From assembly GCA_018714685.1 (NCBI GenBank), contig DVNC01000036.1:1-61376 (forward strand): DNA of 61,376 bases, read 5' to 3'. The position numbers were made by a program, and so were the translations under genes. The DNA is from Candidatus Scatocola faecipullorum. Its GTDB lineage: Bacteria; Pseudomonadota; Alphaproteobacteria; RF32; CAG-239. This document shows, in pieces, positions 8,415 to 17,357 of this stretch. The notes beneath the pieces are model-generated. The model made no database searches. It worked only from the letters and a program-made list of their open reading frames with translations, and had not been told where the DNA came from. Within the stretch, counting starts at the first letter, position 1. Each line of letters begins with the position of its first letter.

Positions 8415-10034
8415 TTAATCTTTCATTCTTGATTCCGGAGATAACGGAGAATCCAGAACCACCGGCGTCAGGATAATGACCAGAATGCTTCTGGTTTTGC
8501 TGGCTGTGGCCGTACCGCCGAGCAGTGAGTTGTTGGCCGAACCGACACCGGATTTTTCACTGGTATTTTCAACCCGTTCATAACCGGTCAGTACCAAAGA
8601 CTGTCCTGATTTCATCGCAACTTCCTGCGTAAACCCGCGGGATTCGATAATCGGGTTCTGAATATATTGTCCGCCGCCTTCGCTGGTTTCGCCGTCGGTA
8701 CGGTCATCCAGACTGACTTTTTCCAACGAAATCAAATCCGAAAGGGTTAGGTTAAACATCAGCATTAACCGTCCGTGTTCCAGAATACGCGGCAAAACGT
8801 CCATGGTAAAACCGGTTTCGATTTCTTCGGTCTCTGTCGAAACGTCATAGTAGCTGGCATCGCCGCCGCTGTTGGTTTTGGTAATTTCCGAAATATAGTT
8901 CTGCTTTTTAACAACCTGAATCGGGGCCGGTTTGTTGTTCAGCGTGGTAACCGTACCGCTGGTAATCAGGTTGGTCGTTCCCTGAGTTGACAAAGCCTGC
9001 AGCGCACCGTTAACGGTAACATTTCCGGGCAGCAGGGTCATTGTCAGGTTCTTGGTGACGTCTTGCCCCAAACCGCCGGCAATACTGGAAACGCCGATGC
9101 TTTCGCCCTGCGGACTTTTCCAAACGGCAGACAAGTCCAAACCATATTGATCGCTGTCGTCAATACTGACCTGCAGAACTTTAACGCTGATGGCCACCTG
9201 ACGTGACAAGCGGGTATTTTGCTCGTTAATGTATTTAGCCACCTTTTTAATGTCGTTCGGTGTTGCGCTGACGGTAATCGTACCGTTGGACGGATCCATC
9301 GTGTATTTTGAATCTTTGTCCAGCATGTTCTTTATGGCAGTTTCAATATTCTTCCAGAAATCCATCTTAGTACTGCTTTGCAGTGAGATGGAAGACGAAC
9401 CGCCGCTGCCCTGTGAAGAACCGCCGACATTAACCGAAAGGGACGGCGTGCTCGGCAGCGTATATAAAACGAAAGTCCTGGTAACGAATTTGTAAAAATA
9501 AATTTCTTTACGGTCATATTTCCACCAAATGCCGAAACGGGAACCGATTTCGTTCAACAGCCCGCTCAACGGTCCCTGATAGGAAACCAGCATCTTGCTG
9601 GGATCGGTCCAGTCCGCGTTGATAGCTTGTGCCGTCGGCTTGTTTTTGGCACCGTTGCTTAAAACTTCTTTTTCCAAATGTGTTGCGTAACTGACGCGCA
9701 TTCCGGTAATTTTGTTAATCATATCGCCGATTTCATACAGCGTAATCGGACGGTTGCTGATTAAGGTAATACCGTCTTTCCCTTCCAGATATGACGGAAT
9801 AGGCTGGCCTTCATATTCTATTTGGCTTGAATCGCCGAGCCAGATATCATTTTTGACGCGAACCACGTCGTCGTTAAGAGCTTTGTCCGGAATTTTGGCC
9901 GTCTCTTTCAGCTGCGTCGTTGCTTCAACCTCGCGGTCAATGGTCGCATCCATTTTGGTTGAAAGCGAACAGGAACCCGCAATTGCGACCATTAAAGCGC
10001 CCAGGCTGTACTTGGTAATCTTATTCATAAGCAT
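8415..10034 (-). CDS. pilN: Type IVb lipoprotein secretin (PilN/BfpB/TcpC family)
   Basis: Lipobox-like IAGSC, YQGPLSGLLNEIGSRFGIWW, Ser/Gly-rich loop, RQVAISVKVLQV, ALSTQG...TTLNNKP, TGFTMDVLPRI, ILVIILTPVV. The start could be 10028, 10034 or 10040; GGAGG spacing favours 10034. Confidence 0.9.
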   Translation of the reverse strand: MLMNKITKYSLGALMVAIAGSCSLSTKMDATIDREVEATTQLKETAKIPDKALNDDVVRVKNDIWLGDSSQIEYEGQPIPSYLEGKDGITLISNRPITLYEIGDMINKITGMRVSYATHLEKEVLSNGAKNKPTAQAINADWTDPSKMLVSYQGPLSGLLNEIGSRFGIWWKYDRKEIYFYKFVTRTFVLYTLPSTPSLSVNVGGSSQGSGGSSSISLQSSTKMDFWKNIETAIKNMLDKDSKYTMDPSNGTITVSATPNDIKKVAKYINEQNTRLSRQVAISVKVLQVSIDDSDQYGLDLSAVWKSPQGESIGVSSIAGGLGQDVTKNLTMTLLPGNVTVNGALQALSTQGTTNLITSGTVTTLNNKPAPIQVVKKQNYISEITKTNSGGDASYYDVSTETEEIETGFTMDVLPRILEHGRLMLMFNLTLSDLISLEKVSLDDRTDGETSEGGGQYIQNPIIESRGFTQEVAMKSGQSLVLTGYERVENTSEKSGVGSANNSLLGGTATASKTRSILVIILTPVVLDSPLSPESRMKD

Positions 10035-10686
10035 TTTCATCCTCCATGGTCTCAACAACTAAGACGCGGTTTCCTTTGTAAAAAGTGGCAATCGGCGCCG
10101 GCCGGGCTCTGGCAAAAGCTCTGATTAACGCGGAGCTGACATCGGCAAAACGGCCGCGGAACATCGCACCGGCCGTGAGCGTGTAATTGCGGTTGGAATT
10201 CCAGATTAATCTCCAGCCGGCTCTTTCGCTCCATTCGGTCAGCAGGTCTTTCAGGGTCTGCCCTTCTTCGGCCAGCCAGTCTTCTACCGGGTCTTCGGCG
10301 TTATATTCGCCGCTGCCGTTAGACATTCCGGTATCGTTTTCCTTGATTTCTTCTTCATAATCGACAACTTCGCTCTCGATAGACGGGGGAATAGCCGCAG
10401 ACATGTTGCTTCCGGCACCGCCGTCAACAATATTCTGGTCGCGCGGCGTTCTTTCGCCGTATTCGCGGTAATCCGCCGCAACTTTCGTATAGTTGACAAA
10501 TTCGCTGTCCTGCATGCCGCCGGCCGGTTGAGCCGCAGCATTGGTTTGGGTGCAGACTTTGTTGCCGTTTTCGTCACATTCGACTTCTTCCGGCGGAATT
10601 TCGACCGGGTGGCTCAAAGTTCCCATGCAGGCGGTAAGGACAAATACCCCCAGTAATCCGGCAGCTAACCGAAAATTTATGCTCAT
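10021..10686 (-). CDS. pilL: TcpQ/PilL-like lipoprotein
   Basis: Lipobox VLTAC. C-terminal WLAEEGQTLKDLLTEWSERAGWRLIW...FRGRF...FYKGNRVLVV is typical of the TcpQ domain. Probable start MSINF at 10686. Confidence 0.75.
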   Translation of the reverse strand: MSINFRLAAGLLGVFVLTACMGTLSHPVEIPPEEVECDENGNKVCTQTNAAAQPAGGMQDSEFVNYTKVAADYREYGERTPRDQNIVDGGAGSNMSAAIPPSIESEVVDYEEEIKENDTGMSNGSGEYNAEDPVEDWLAEEGQTLKDLLTEWSERAGWRLIWNSNRNYTLTAGAMFRGRFADVSSALIRAFARARPAPIATFYKGNRVLVVETMEDENAYE

Positions 10687-10783
10687 ATCTGTGTTTCCTA
10701 AGCTATATTTTGTCATATTTTTACCTATAATACATATTGAAAAATAAATAATCAAGCGTAAGCCATAACTTATTACCAAGGCT

Positions 10784-12733
10784 TTACCAGGCCTTATAGT
10801 AGTCTTGCCACTCGTTATTTTCCTTTATGCCTCCGTTAGAATTGTTGAGTCTTACTGTCCGAATAATAAATGAATTGGGCTCCCTGGTGGTGAAAACCGT
10901 ATTGATTTTGCGGTAATCGACCCCGCTTGACGCCAAAATGTTGTTGAGCAGATTGAGCCGCTTTTGCTGGAGCTCATATGAGCTGCTGCCGTCAATCCTG
11001 ATTTCCAGTCCGACGTTCTTTTCTTCTATCGTCTTGTTGGCAAAAGCCTGCAGCCATTTCAGGGTAACCCCGGAAATTTCGGCTCGGTTCGGTTGGAAAG
11101 CAAGGCGTATTTCGGTCGGTAATATTTTTCCGGTCGTCGCCTTTTGGCGCGATTTTCCGGTAAATTGGTCAAAAAAGCTGGGGCCGCCGCCGTTTTCGTC
11201 TTTGGCGCTGCCGTCTGCGGTCTGGTTTTTGCTGAAAATTGACGTAATGCTTTTAAACAGACCGCCGCTTTCCTTTCCTGAAGACGAAGTTTGCGTCTGC
11301 TTCGCGGGGGCCGGCTGTTCGGCTGCTTCCTGTTCGCTGACTTGCTGCTCGATGTCTTTGTCTTTTTCAGAGGAAACCAGCTGCGGCGTCAGATTGGGGT
11401 CGTTCAAAATATCCTCGGGAATGGGTATCAGCAGGTTGTTGACGACCTCCGAGGCGACTTTAACTTCGCCGCTGCCGCCTTTTTTTAGTTTTTTGTCTGC
11501 TTCGATTGCCTGTTTGACGGCGACATTGTCGGCATTTTTAAAATATGCTTCTTTGGTTATTTGGCGGTTTCTCTGATGCCCGGTGCCTTTGGCCGCAACC
11601 CAGACGCTGTCTTCATTGTTCTTTTCCGCCATAGTTGTCCAGCCGGAAGTTGTGTCGTCTTTCTCTTTCTTTTCTGCCGGCGCCTGATTTTCCGTCATAC
11701 TGCGGATTGTTGCTTTCCCTGTCAGCATGGCCAGCTTATCGGCATTCGGAGTGTCGATAATTTTGGCTTCTGCGGTCTCGATTTTGGCGCTCTGGTCTTT
11801 CTCCAGCGGAATAAGCAGGTTCTCCGGCTCCCCTGCGGAAACTTTTATTTGCTCTTTGGACGGAAAATCAGGCGCCGTATCCGGGTTCGGTGCGGCTTTG
11901 GCGACTTTGAAAGTCGGCGGCAGCGGTTTGTCGGAGACAAGGTTGTCTTCGTTGTTTCCTTCGCTGTCGTCTTCATCGGGAACGCGGGCGATAATAAAGC
12001 TTTCCTCTTCCTCCGCAATCTCGGGGGCGAGAATGTTCTCCGGTTTGGGAGCCGGCTCGGCTTTTTCTTCCCGCGTAATCGGAATGTCCGCTTGCGCCAA
12101 AACCGTTTCCGGCTCTTGGGAAACGGTGGTCATTTTCTTCTTCCGGGCCCGTTCTTCGTTGGGGCGGATAATCTGAACTTTGGCCTGAACGATTTTATTG
12201 CTGAACGGAACCGGGTCTTCAATCGGCTGCTGTAATTCGTTTTCGTCAACCGGCGGAGCACTGCCGATAATATCCTGATAATTTGCCGCAATTTTGTCTT
12301 CCATGGTCTGCGGCTTTTCAGCCGGAGGAGCCGCCGGTTCCGCCTTGGAAACCGTCTGTTGCGGAGCCGGCTGAGGCGCGGAAACGGCCTCTGCGGCCTT
12401 GACAGAAGCTTCTGCGGTTTTTTCGTTCAGATCAAATTCAATGTCGTTGCCGGCAAAAGTCAGAGGGATGGGGTCTTCTGCCGAAACTTCGGACAGTTTT
12501 TCCGTTGAGGGAGAAACGGGCACCGACAAGGCAATTTTTTTAACCGGAATGGTTTTGGCTGCTTTGGCGGGAGAGGGCAGGCTCTTGAAAAACAGGGAAA
12601 TATTTTTGTTGGGAATTTTAATTTCAGTGTCAGAGGGTTTGGAAACACTGAAAAACTCCTTGTTTACGCTCAAAATCGTGAACAAAGAGAAAACAAAGCT
12701 GCAAACAAAAGTTTTTAAACTCGTTTTTCCCAT
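10784..12733 (-). CDS. Membrane-anchored low-complexity protein with a degenerate OmpA-like C-terminal domain
   Basis: 649 aa. N-terminal hydrophobic segment, long P/E/A/K-rich region, C-terminal RLAFQPNRAEIS...LEIRIDG...LQQKRLNLLNNILASSGVDYRKI. Confidence 0.55.
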   Translation of the reverse strand: MGKTSLKTFVCSFVFSLFTILSVNKEFFSVSKPSDTEIKIPNKNISLFFKSLPSPAKAAKTIPVKKIALSVPVSPSTEKLSEVSAEDPIPLTFAGNDIEFDLNEKTAEASVKAAEAVSAPQPAPQQTVSKAEPAAPPAEKPQTMEDKIAANYQDIIGSAPPVDENELQQPIEDPVPFSNKIVQAKVQIIRPNEERARKKKMTTVSQEPETVLAQADIPITREEKAEPAPKPENILAPEIAEEEESFIIARVPDEDDSEGNNEDNLVSDKPLPPTFKVAKAAPNPDTAPDFPSKEQIKVSAGEPENLLIPLEKDQSAKIETAEAKIIDTPNADKLAMLTGKATIRSMTENQAPAEKKEKDDTTSGWTTMAEKNNEDSVWVAAKGTGHQRNRQITKEAYFKNADNVAVKQAIEADKKLKKGGSGEVKVASEVVNNLLIPIPEDILNDPNLTPQLVSSEKDKDIEQQVSEQEAAEQPAPAKQTQTSSSGKESGGLFKSITSIFSKNQTADGSAKDENGGGPSFFDQFTGKSRQKATTGKILPTEIRLAFQPNRAEISGVTLKWLQAFANKTIEEKNVGLEIRIDGSSSYELQQKRLNLLNNILASSGVDYRKINTVFTTREPNSFIIRTVRLNNSNGGIKENNEWQDYYKAW

Positions 12734-13095
12734 AAAATAAAATCCCTCTAAAGCCTTGATAATTCAATATGCGACTCTTGGCAAGCAGATATAATTTTAT
12801 GCACAAAGCTTTGAAAAAAATTTTTCCGTTTGTCGGAATATAGGGGCTTTGCTTTCCCGGAAAGTGATTTTCTGATTTCGGCTTTATTAGAGAAAAATTT
12901 ACTTTTTAGGGGTAGAAATAAGGTGTTTAGGTTTATTTAACTTCTGTGAATTTTTTGTTACAGGAAAAATTATTACATTAAAACAACGAGTTATCTCTTT
13001 TTGTCCAAGTCTTTTTAGGCTGGTAAAAATGCTAAAAATTAGCTATCCTAAAAGAGTATAAGAAGTTTTGCTAAATTAATTGAAGGAGAAAGATT

Positions 13096-13434
13096 ATGCA
13101 ATTTTTAAAGAGAAATATTTTAACTCTTTGCTGCCTGACCTTGTTGGTTGCAATGGGTTTGTGCGGGGATGCCTGGGCTGACGGTGCCAGCTTGATGAGC
13201 ACGGCGCAGACAAAAACCCGTAACGTATTCGATAACGTAAAAACCATTACCTTTATTCTGGGTGGTTTCGGTTTGGTCGGTATTGCCTTCCAGGCCATTA
13301 TCGGTAAGGTAAAATGGACTTGGTTTGCCGGCTTGGCCGTTGGTCTGGGTATTCTGGCTGCTGCCGGTTCAATCGTTGAATATGCAACCGGTTCTACCGA
13401 TGCCGGCTTGGCAACGACTTTCGGTAATATTTAA
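13096..13434 (+). CDS. virB2: VirB2/TrbC-family T4SS pilin 1 (probable major pilin)
   Basis: 112 aa, signal peptide ending AWA, two hydrophobic helices around GKVKW. Strong RBS (GAAGGAG). First gene of the virB operon. Confidence 0.8.
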   Translation: MQFLKRNILTLCCLTLLVAMGLCGDAWADGASLMSTAQTKTRNVFDNVKTITFILGGFGLVGIAFQAIIGKVKWTWFAGLAVGLGILAAAGSIVEYATGSTDAGLATTFGNI

Positions 13435-13439
13435 TCAGC

Positions 13440-13536
13440 GCTTAGCTGCTTAATGATAACTAAAGGGAGGGAACTATGGAAAACTTAACGAGACATGCGC
13501 CATATACCCTCCCTTTTGCTTATCTGCTGGCTAAGC
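13440..13536 (+). other. Long imperfect intergenic RNA hairpin between the virB2 paralogs
   Basis: Nested inverted pairs GCTTAGC/GCTAAGC, GATAA/TTATC, AAAGGGAGGG/CCCTCCCTTT and TATGG/CCATA. Confidence 0.65.
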
Positions 13537-13568
13537 TCAGAAATTATTTACGGGAAAAGGGTGAGAAG

Positions 13569-13937
13569 ATGTTGTGCGTAAAATTAAAGAAATTCCTGGT
13601 CTTTTCAGTAATGGTGTTTGCTGTTTCTTCAATTTTATTTGCAACAAACTCCTTTGCTGAAGACAAGGCCCTGTTCAGTGATTTAACCAATCACGGAGCT
13701 AAAATTTTCGGCGGAATGCGGGAGATTATTTATGCCGTGTCCGGTTTTGGTATTGTCGCGATTGCTATCGGCGGCTTTTTCGGAACCCTGAACTGGAAAT
13801 GGCTGGTTGCGATCATCATAGGTTTGGTCGTTATTGCGCTGACCGCCGGTATCATCAACTATATGGTTGACAGCGATGTCATCACCGATGAAATGATAAC
13901 GGACAGTTTGATTAGTGCGAATGACAATCAGAAATGA
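13569..13937 (+). CDS. virB2: VirB2/TrbC-family pilin 2
   Basis: Probable start MLCVK at 13569, signal peptide ending SFA. IIYAVSGFGIVAIAIGGFFGTLNWKWL aligns with pilin 1. Confidence 0.75.
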   Translation: MLCVKLKKFLVFSVMVFAVSSILFATNSFAEDKALFSDLTNHGAKIFGGMREIIYAVSGFGIVAIAIGGFFGTLNWKWLVAIIIGLVVIALTAGIINYMVDSDVITDEMITDSLISANDNQK

Positions 13938-14028
13938 CGGATGATTTAATCACACGGAGCTGAAGGCTTTTATATTATATCGGCTGAAAAAAATTATTAA
14001 AGAGACGGAACTAAACAAGGAGGCTGCT

Positions 14029-16779
14029 ATGAGAAACTTACTTAAATTGATAAAAAATTTATCATTTCTGCTTTGTTTTGGTTTCGGCCTGAATTATATG
14101 GTTGTGCCGGTTATGGCGCAATCAATCGTACCTCCGGTTATAGAGGAAGAAGCTCCCGATGAAGAAGAAATCGGCGGTTGGAGCACACTGGATAAAAAAA
14201 CACAGGAAACAATTGCCAAAAATCAGGCACGTAATGCCGCCGCCGGACAAAGTGACGAAGCTCGGGCAATTTATGATGCACAGCAGCAGCGATATGACCA
14301 GCGTGACGCCTCCAAAGAAAAATATGCCGACACCTTGAATGCCGGGGATGAACGTATCAGAAATATGGAAGCACTGACCGAGCAGGCCCAGCAGGGTGTT
14401 GCGGCGGCTCAGGAACGCTTGAAAAACGCCAGCACGCCGGAAGAAATGAAGGCGGCCAATGAAGCGTTGAAGCAGGCTCAGCAAGATTTAAAAACAGCTG
14501 AAAAAAATCAGAAAGAAGTCGAGAAAGACGTTAAGAAAGACAATAAAGCCGCCAAAAAAGAAGCTAAGAAAGAAGAAAAAGCCATAGCCAAAGCCGAAAA
14601 AGAGCAGCGCAAGGCTATTGAAAAAGAACAGAAATCGGCGGAAAAAGACCTGAAAAAGGCCAATAAAAAGATTGAAAAACTTGAAGAAAAATGCGCCAAA
14701 GGCAAATGCGACGATGAAGATCTGGCCGATTTGGCTGCTGCCCGAGCCAGTGCGGAATCTGCTCAAACGGCTTTAGATGCGGCCAACCAGAAAGCCAATG
14801 CTTTTTATGCTCAGGATGAAGATGAAGCGGCTGCCGAATATATGGCGGAACGAGATGCGCAGGAAGCCTCTATTGCCGCTGCGGAGGATGCCGACGGTAT
14901 CATTGAGCAGGCCAAGGAAGATTTGGCCGAAGCTCAGTCCAATGCGCCGAAAATGTGCAGCGCGGATGAAATCGGCGGTAACGTCTTTCTGTTGATTGCC
15001 TGCAAAGCCACCACCACCTTGGCCGATTTGCGGGTCATCGCTTACATTATTTCCGGTTTCGGTATGGTTGCGCTTGCTTATGCCGCTATTTTCGGAAAAA
15101 TGAACTGGAAACACCTGGCCAACATCGGTATCGGTTTGTTCCTCTTATCGATGATGACGCCGTTTATCGAGTATTTTACCACCGGCAAAGATAATACCCT
15201 GCGTTTTGGTAAATATCTGCCGGCCGGTTTCTCTGATATTCAGGGCAGTGACGGTCAGGTAACCGACTGCGATGAGGATTTGGATAAAAACAGCACTTTC
15301 TGTAATCAGATTTTGCCGGAAGTCACGGTTACCGGGAAAAAGCAGAAGTGGTCACTAAAAGATTTGAAAGGCTCGATTACGGCCGGTTTAAATGCGGTCC
15401 GCAATGCCAGCGATATGTATAAAGCGGCCAAATCGACGGTCAGCAACGTTAAATCTGCGGTTTCCAATATGACCGCTCAGATTAAGAGCGGTGGCGGCGG
15501 ACTGGACGGTATTATTAATGCGGCCGGCGCTGTGGCCAATGCAACCGGTACGATTGTCAACTCCGGGCAAGTTCTGGCCAATAATATTGCGACCAATGCC
15601 GGTAATCTGTCTAACAATATTCGTGACGCCGGTTCAACCAATGCGGCGCGCGAGGCCCGGGCCGAAGCTCAGGAAACACTTGATAAGTTAACGAAAAAAT
15701 GTAATGCCGGTAACTGCAGTGAGCAGGAAAAGAAATATATGGAACAAATGGAAGAAACGGTGAACAATAATAAAACCGGCGTTAATAAATGGCTTGAAAA
15801 TGACGGAGCCGGCGGTGGTTCGACCATTCTCTCCGGAATTAACAAAGTCGGCAACATTGCCAACAATGCCTCGAACTCAGTTAAAAACGTAGCCAATGCG
15901 GCCAATGAAGGCCAGTCTATCGGCGGTGACGGGGCTTTGGGTAAAATTCTCGGTGTCGGCTTCGGTGTCGGAACGGCGGTAACCGAAGGTATGGATACCG
16001 CGGAACAAAGTAAACAAAACGGAATGTTTGACTTCCGCAGTGATGCAACCAAACGGGAAGAACAGGCTAAAGCCGAAGAAGAGGCCTTTAAAAAGACTTC
16101 CGGCTATGTTAAAAACACGCAGACAACCGCTGACGGCAAAAAGGTCGAAACTCTTGGCGACGGTTCGGTTCGCACCACCTCCAAAGACGGTAAGACTGTA
16201 ACCACAGTTAATAAGGACGGCACCACCACAACCACCAAAGACGGTACAACGGTTGTTAAAAGCCCGGACGGTTCCAGAACCGTTACTGACAGCGCGGGTA
16301 ATAAAGTGACCTACGATGCCAAAGGCAACAAGGTTAAAACCGAGCTGGTCAACGAATATAACCGCGCAACGGCTGAAAGTGTCAAAGAAGCCCTGAACGG
16401 TAAGAAGGAAGAAGAAAAGAAAGAGGAGAAAAAGGAAGAAAAGCCTGCGGCAACAACGCAAACAACAGGATCGGATTTGTCGAAAATTAAAAGTGCATTA
16501 GCTGAACAATGTAAGAGCGGAGATAGCATTTGCAAAACATGTGCTAATTCTGTAAAGTCAACAGATCCGAACAAAGCGGCTGCCGAAGCTCAAGCATGTG
16601 TTGAAAAGCTTAATGCAAAACAAGATGAGCTTCAGAAGGAATACGATCAAGAAATGGAAAAATGGTGTAAACAAAAAGGAGTGAAAGAAGAATGCTTTAT
16701 GGCACCGGAAGGTGCAGATGCTAATCTTACTGCCGCTTGTAAAAAATGCGGTTTCAAGATGGCGTCTCCTTCAAAATGA
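14029..16779 (+). CDS. 916-aa protein with an embedded VirB2-like pilin domain
   Basis: Signal peptide, E/K/A coiled coil, pilin-like LRVIAYIISGFGMVALAYAAIFGKMNWKHL...FIEYFTTG (15001-15186), G/A/N-rich helices, DG-T beta-hairpin repeats and a Cys-rich C-terminus. Confidence 0.75.
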   Translation: MRNLLKLIKNLSFLLCFGFGLNYMVVPVMAQSIVPPVIEEEAPDEEEIGGWSTLDKKTQETIAKNQARNAAAGQSDEARAIYDAQQQRYDQRDASKEKYADTLNAGDERIRNMEALTEQAQQGVAAAQERLKNASTPEEMKAANEALKQAQQDLKTAEKNQKEVEKDVKKDNKAAKKEAKKEEKAIAKAEKEQRKAIEKEQKSAEKDLKKANKKIEKLEEKCAKGKCDDEDLADLAAARASAESAQTALDAANQKANAFYAQDEDEAAAEYMAERDAQEASIAAAEDADGIIEQAKEDLAEAQSNAPKMCSADEIGGNVFLLIACKATTTLADLRVIAYIISGFGMVALAYAAIFGKMNWKHLANIGIGLFLLSMMTPFIEYFTTGKDNTLRFGKYLPAGFSDIQGSDGQVTDCDEDLDKNSTFCNQILPEVTVTGKKQKWSLKDLKGSITAGLNAVRNASDMYKAAKSTVSNVKSAVSNMTAQIKSGGGGLDGIINAAGAVANATGTIVNSGQVLANNIATNAGNLSNNIRDAGSTNAAREARAEAQETLDKLTKKCNAGNCSEQEKKYMEQMEETVNNNKTGVNKWLENDGAGGGSTILSGINKVGNIANNASNSVKNVANAANEGQSIGGDGALGKILGVGFGVGTAVTEGMDTAEQSKQNGMFDFRSDATKREEQAKAEEEAFKKTSGYVKNTQTTADGKKVETLGDGSVRTTSKDGKTVTTVNKDGTTTTTKDGTTVVKSPDGSRTVTDSAGNKVTYDAKGNKVKTELVNEYNRATAESVKEALNGKKEEEKKEEKKEEKPAATTQTTGSDLSKIKSALAEQCKSGDSICKTCANSVKSTDPNKAAAEAQACVEKLNAKQDELQKEYDQEMEKWCKQKGVKEECFMAPEGADANLTAACKKCGFKMASPSK

Positions 16780-16803
16780 TTTTGATGCACAAACCTGATA
16801 GCT

Positions 16804-16835
16804 AAAAAAGGATGTCTTTAGACATCCTTTTTTTT
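16804..16835. terminator. Intrinsic terminator after the virB2 cluster
   Basis: AAAAAAGGATGTCT-tt-AGACATCCTTTTTTTT. Confidence 0.85.
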
Positions 16836-17066
16836 ATGTGGTGCCATGCTGCCCGCATTTTCCTTTCCTGTCTTGTTTGTCCCCGTGTTAAGGGATTTTT
16901 CATAAAAAAAGGATATACTGAACAATAAGGGAAACCCTTTCCCGGCGGTTGAGATTCGTTTTTGAAACGCAGGCTCAACGACGGGCAGGGTGTTGTTAAG
17001 TATAGCTTTTTGTTGCAACTAAATGAGATTGCGCTAGAATCAAACCAAACGTCAGGATTTGTCGCG

Positions 17067-17357
17067 ATGAGAGAAATGATATTAAAAGCCGTAGCCAATC
17101 CTCCCAAGATCTTGTGGGGGCCGTTCCTGCCGACGCTTTTAAATCTGGGTATTCAGTTTCCGCTGATGTTTATGTGCATGGGCGTGTTTAAAATGAACCC
17201 GCTGATTTTCATTGTAACGATTGTTGCCGCGCACGGCGTTATTGTGCTCTGGGGCGGCAAAGAACCGCACATTTCCTCCATGATTCAGGCTTTCGGCCAA
17301 TGCCGCCGGATTAGTAACAACCTTTATAAAGAAAAGGGGAATAAATTTGCGCCCTGA
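17067..17357 (+). CDS. virB3: VirB3-like membrane protein
   Basis: Start MREMILKAVANPPKILWGP (compare VirB3 'L.RP....G.P'), two TMs, KEP motif, 96 aa. Overlaps the virB4 start. Confidence 0.75.
   Translation: MREMILKAVANPPKILWGPFLPTLLNLGIQFPLMFMCMGVFKMNPLIFIVTIVAAHGVIVLWGGKEPHISSMIQAFGQCRRISNNLYKEKGNKFAP

Noticed and set aside
237-12733. Tad pilus or T2SS assignment
   Set aside because: No Flp pilin, TadB/C pair or GspG-K pseudopilin set. The lipoprotein secretin, TcpQ, PilO and PilP indicate type IVb.
13476-13568. Upstream ATG extension of virB2-2
   Set aside because: It lies inside the hairpin and would bury the signal peptide; 13569 is the more plausible start.
16836-17066. Possible sRNA or small ORFs between the terminator and virB3
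   Set aside because: Only weak hairpins and ORFs without RBS; the region is adequately explained as the virB3 promoter (GCTAGAAT near 17033).
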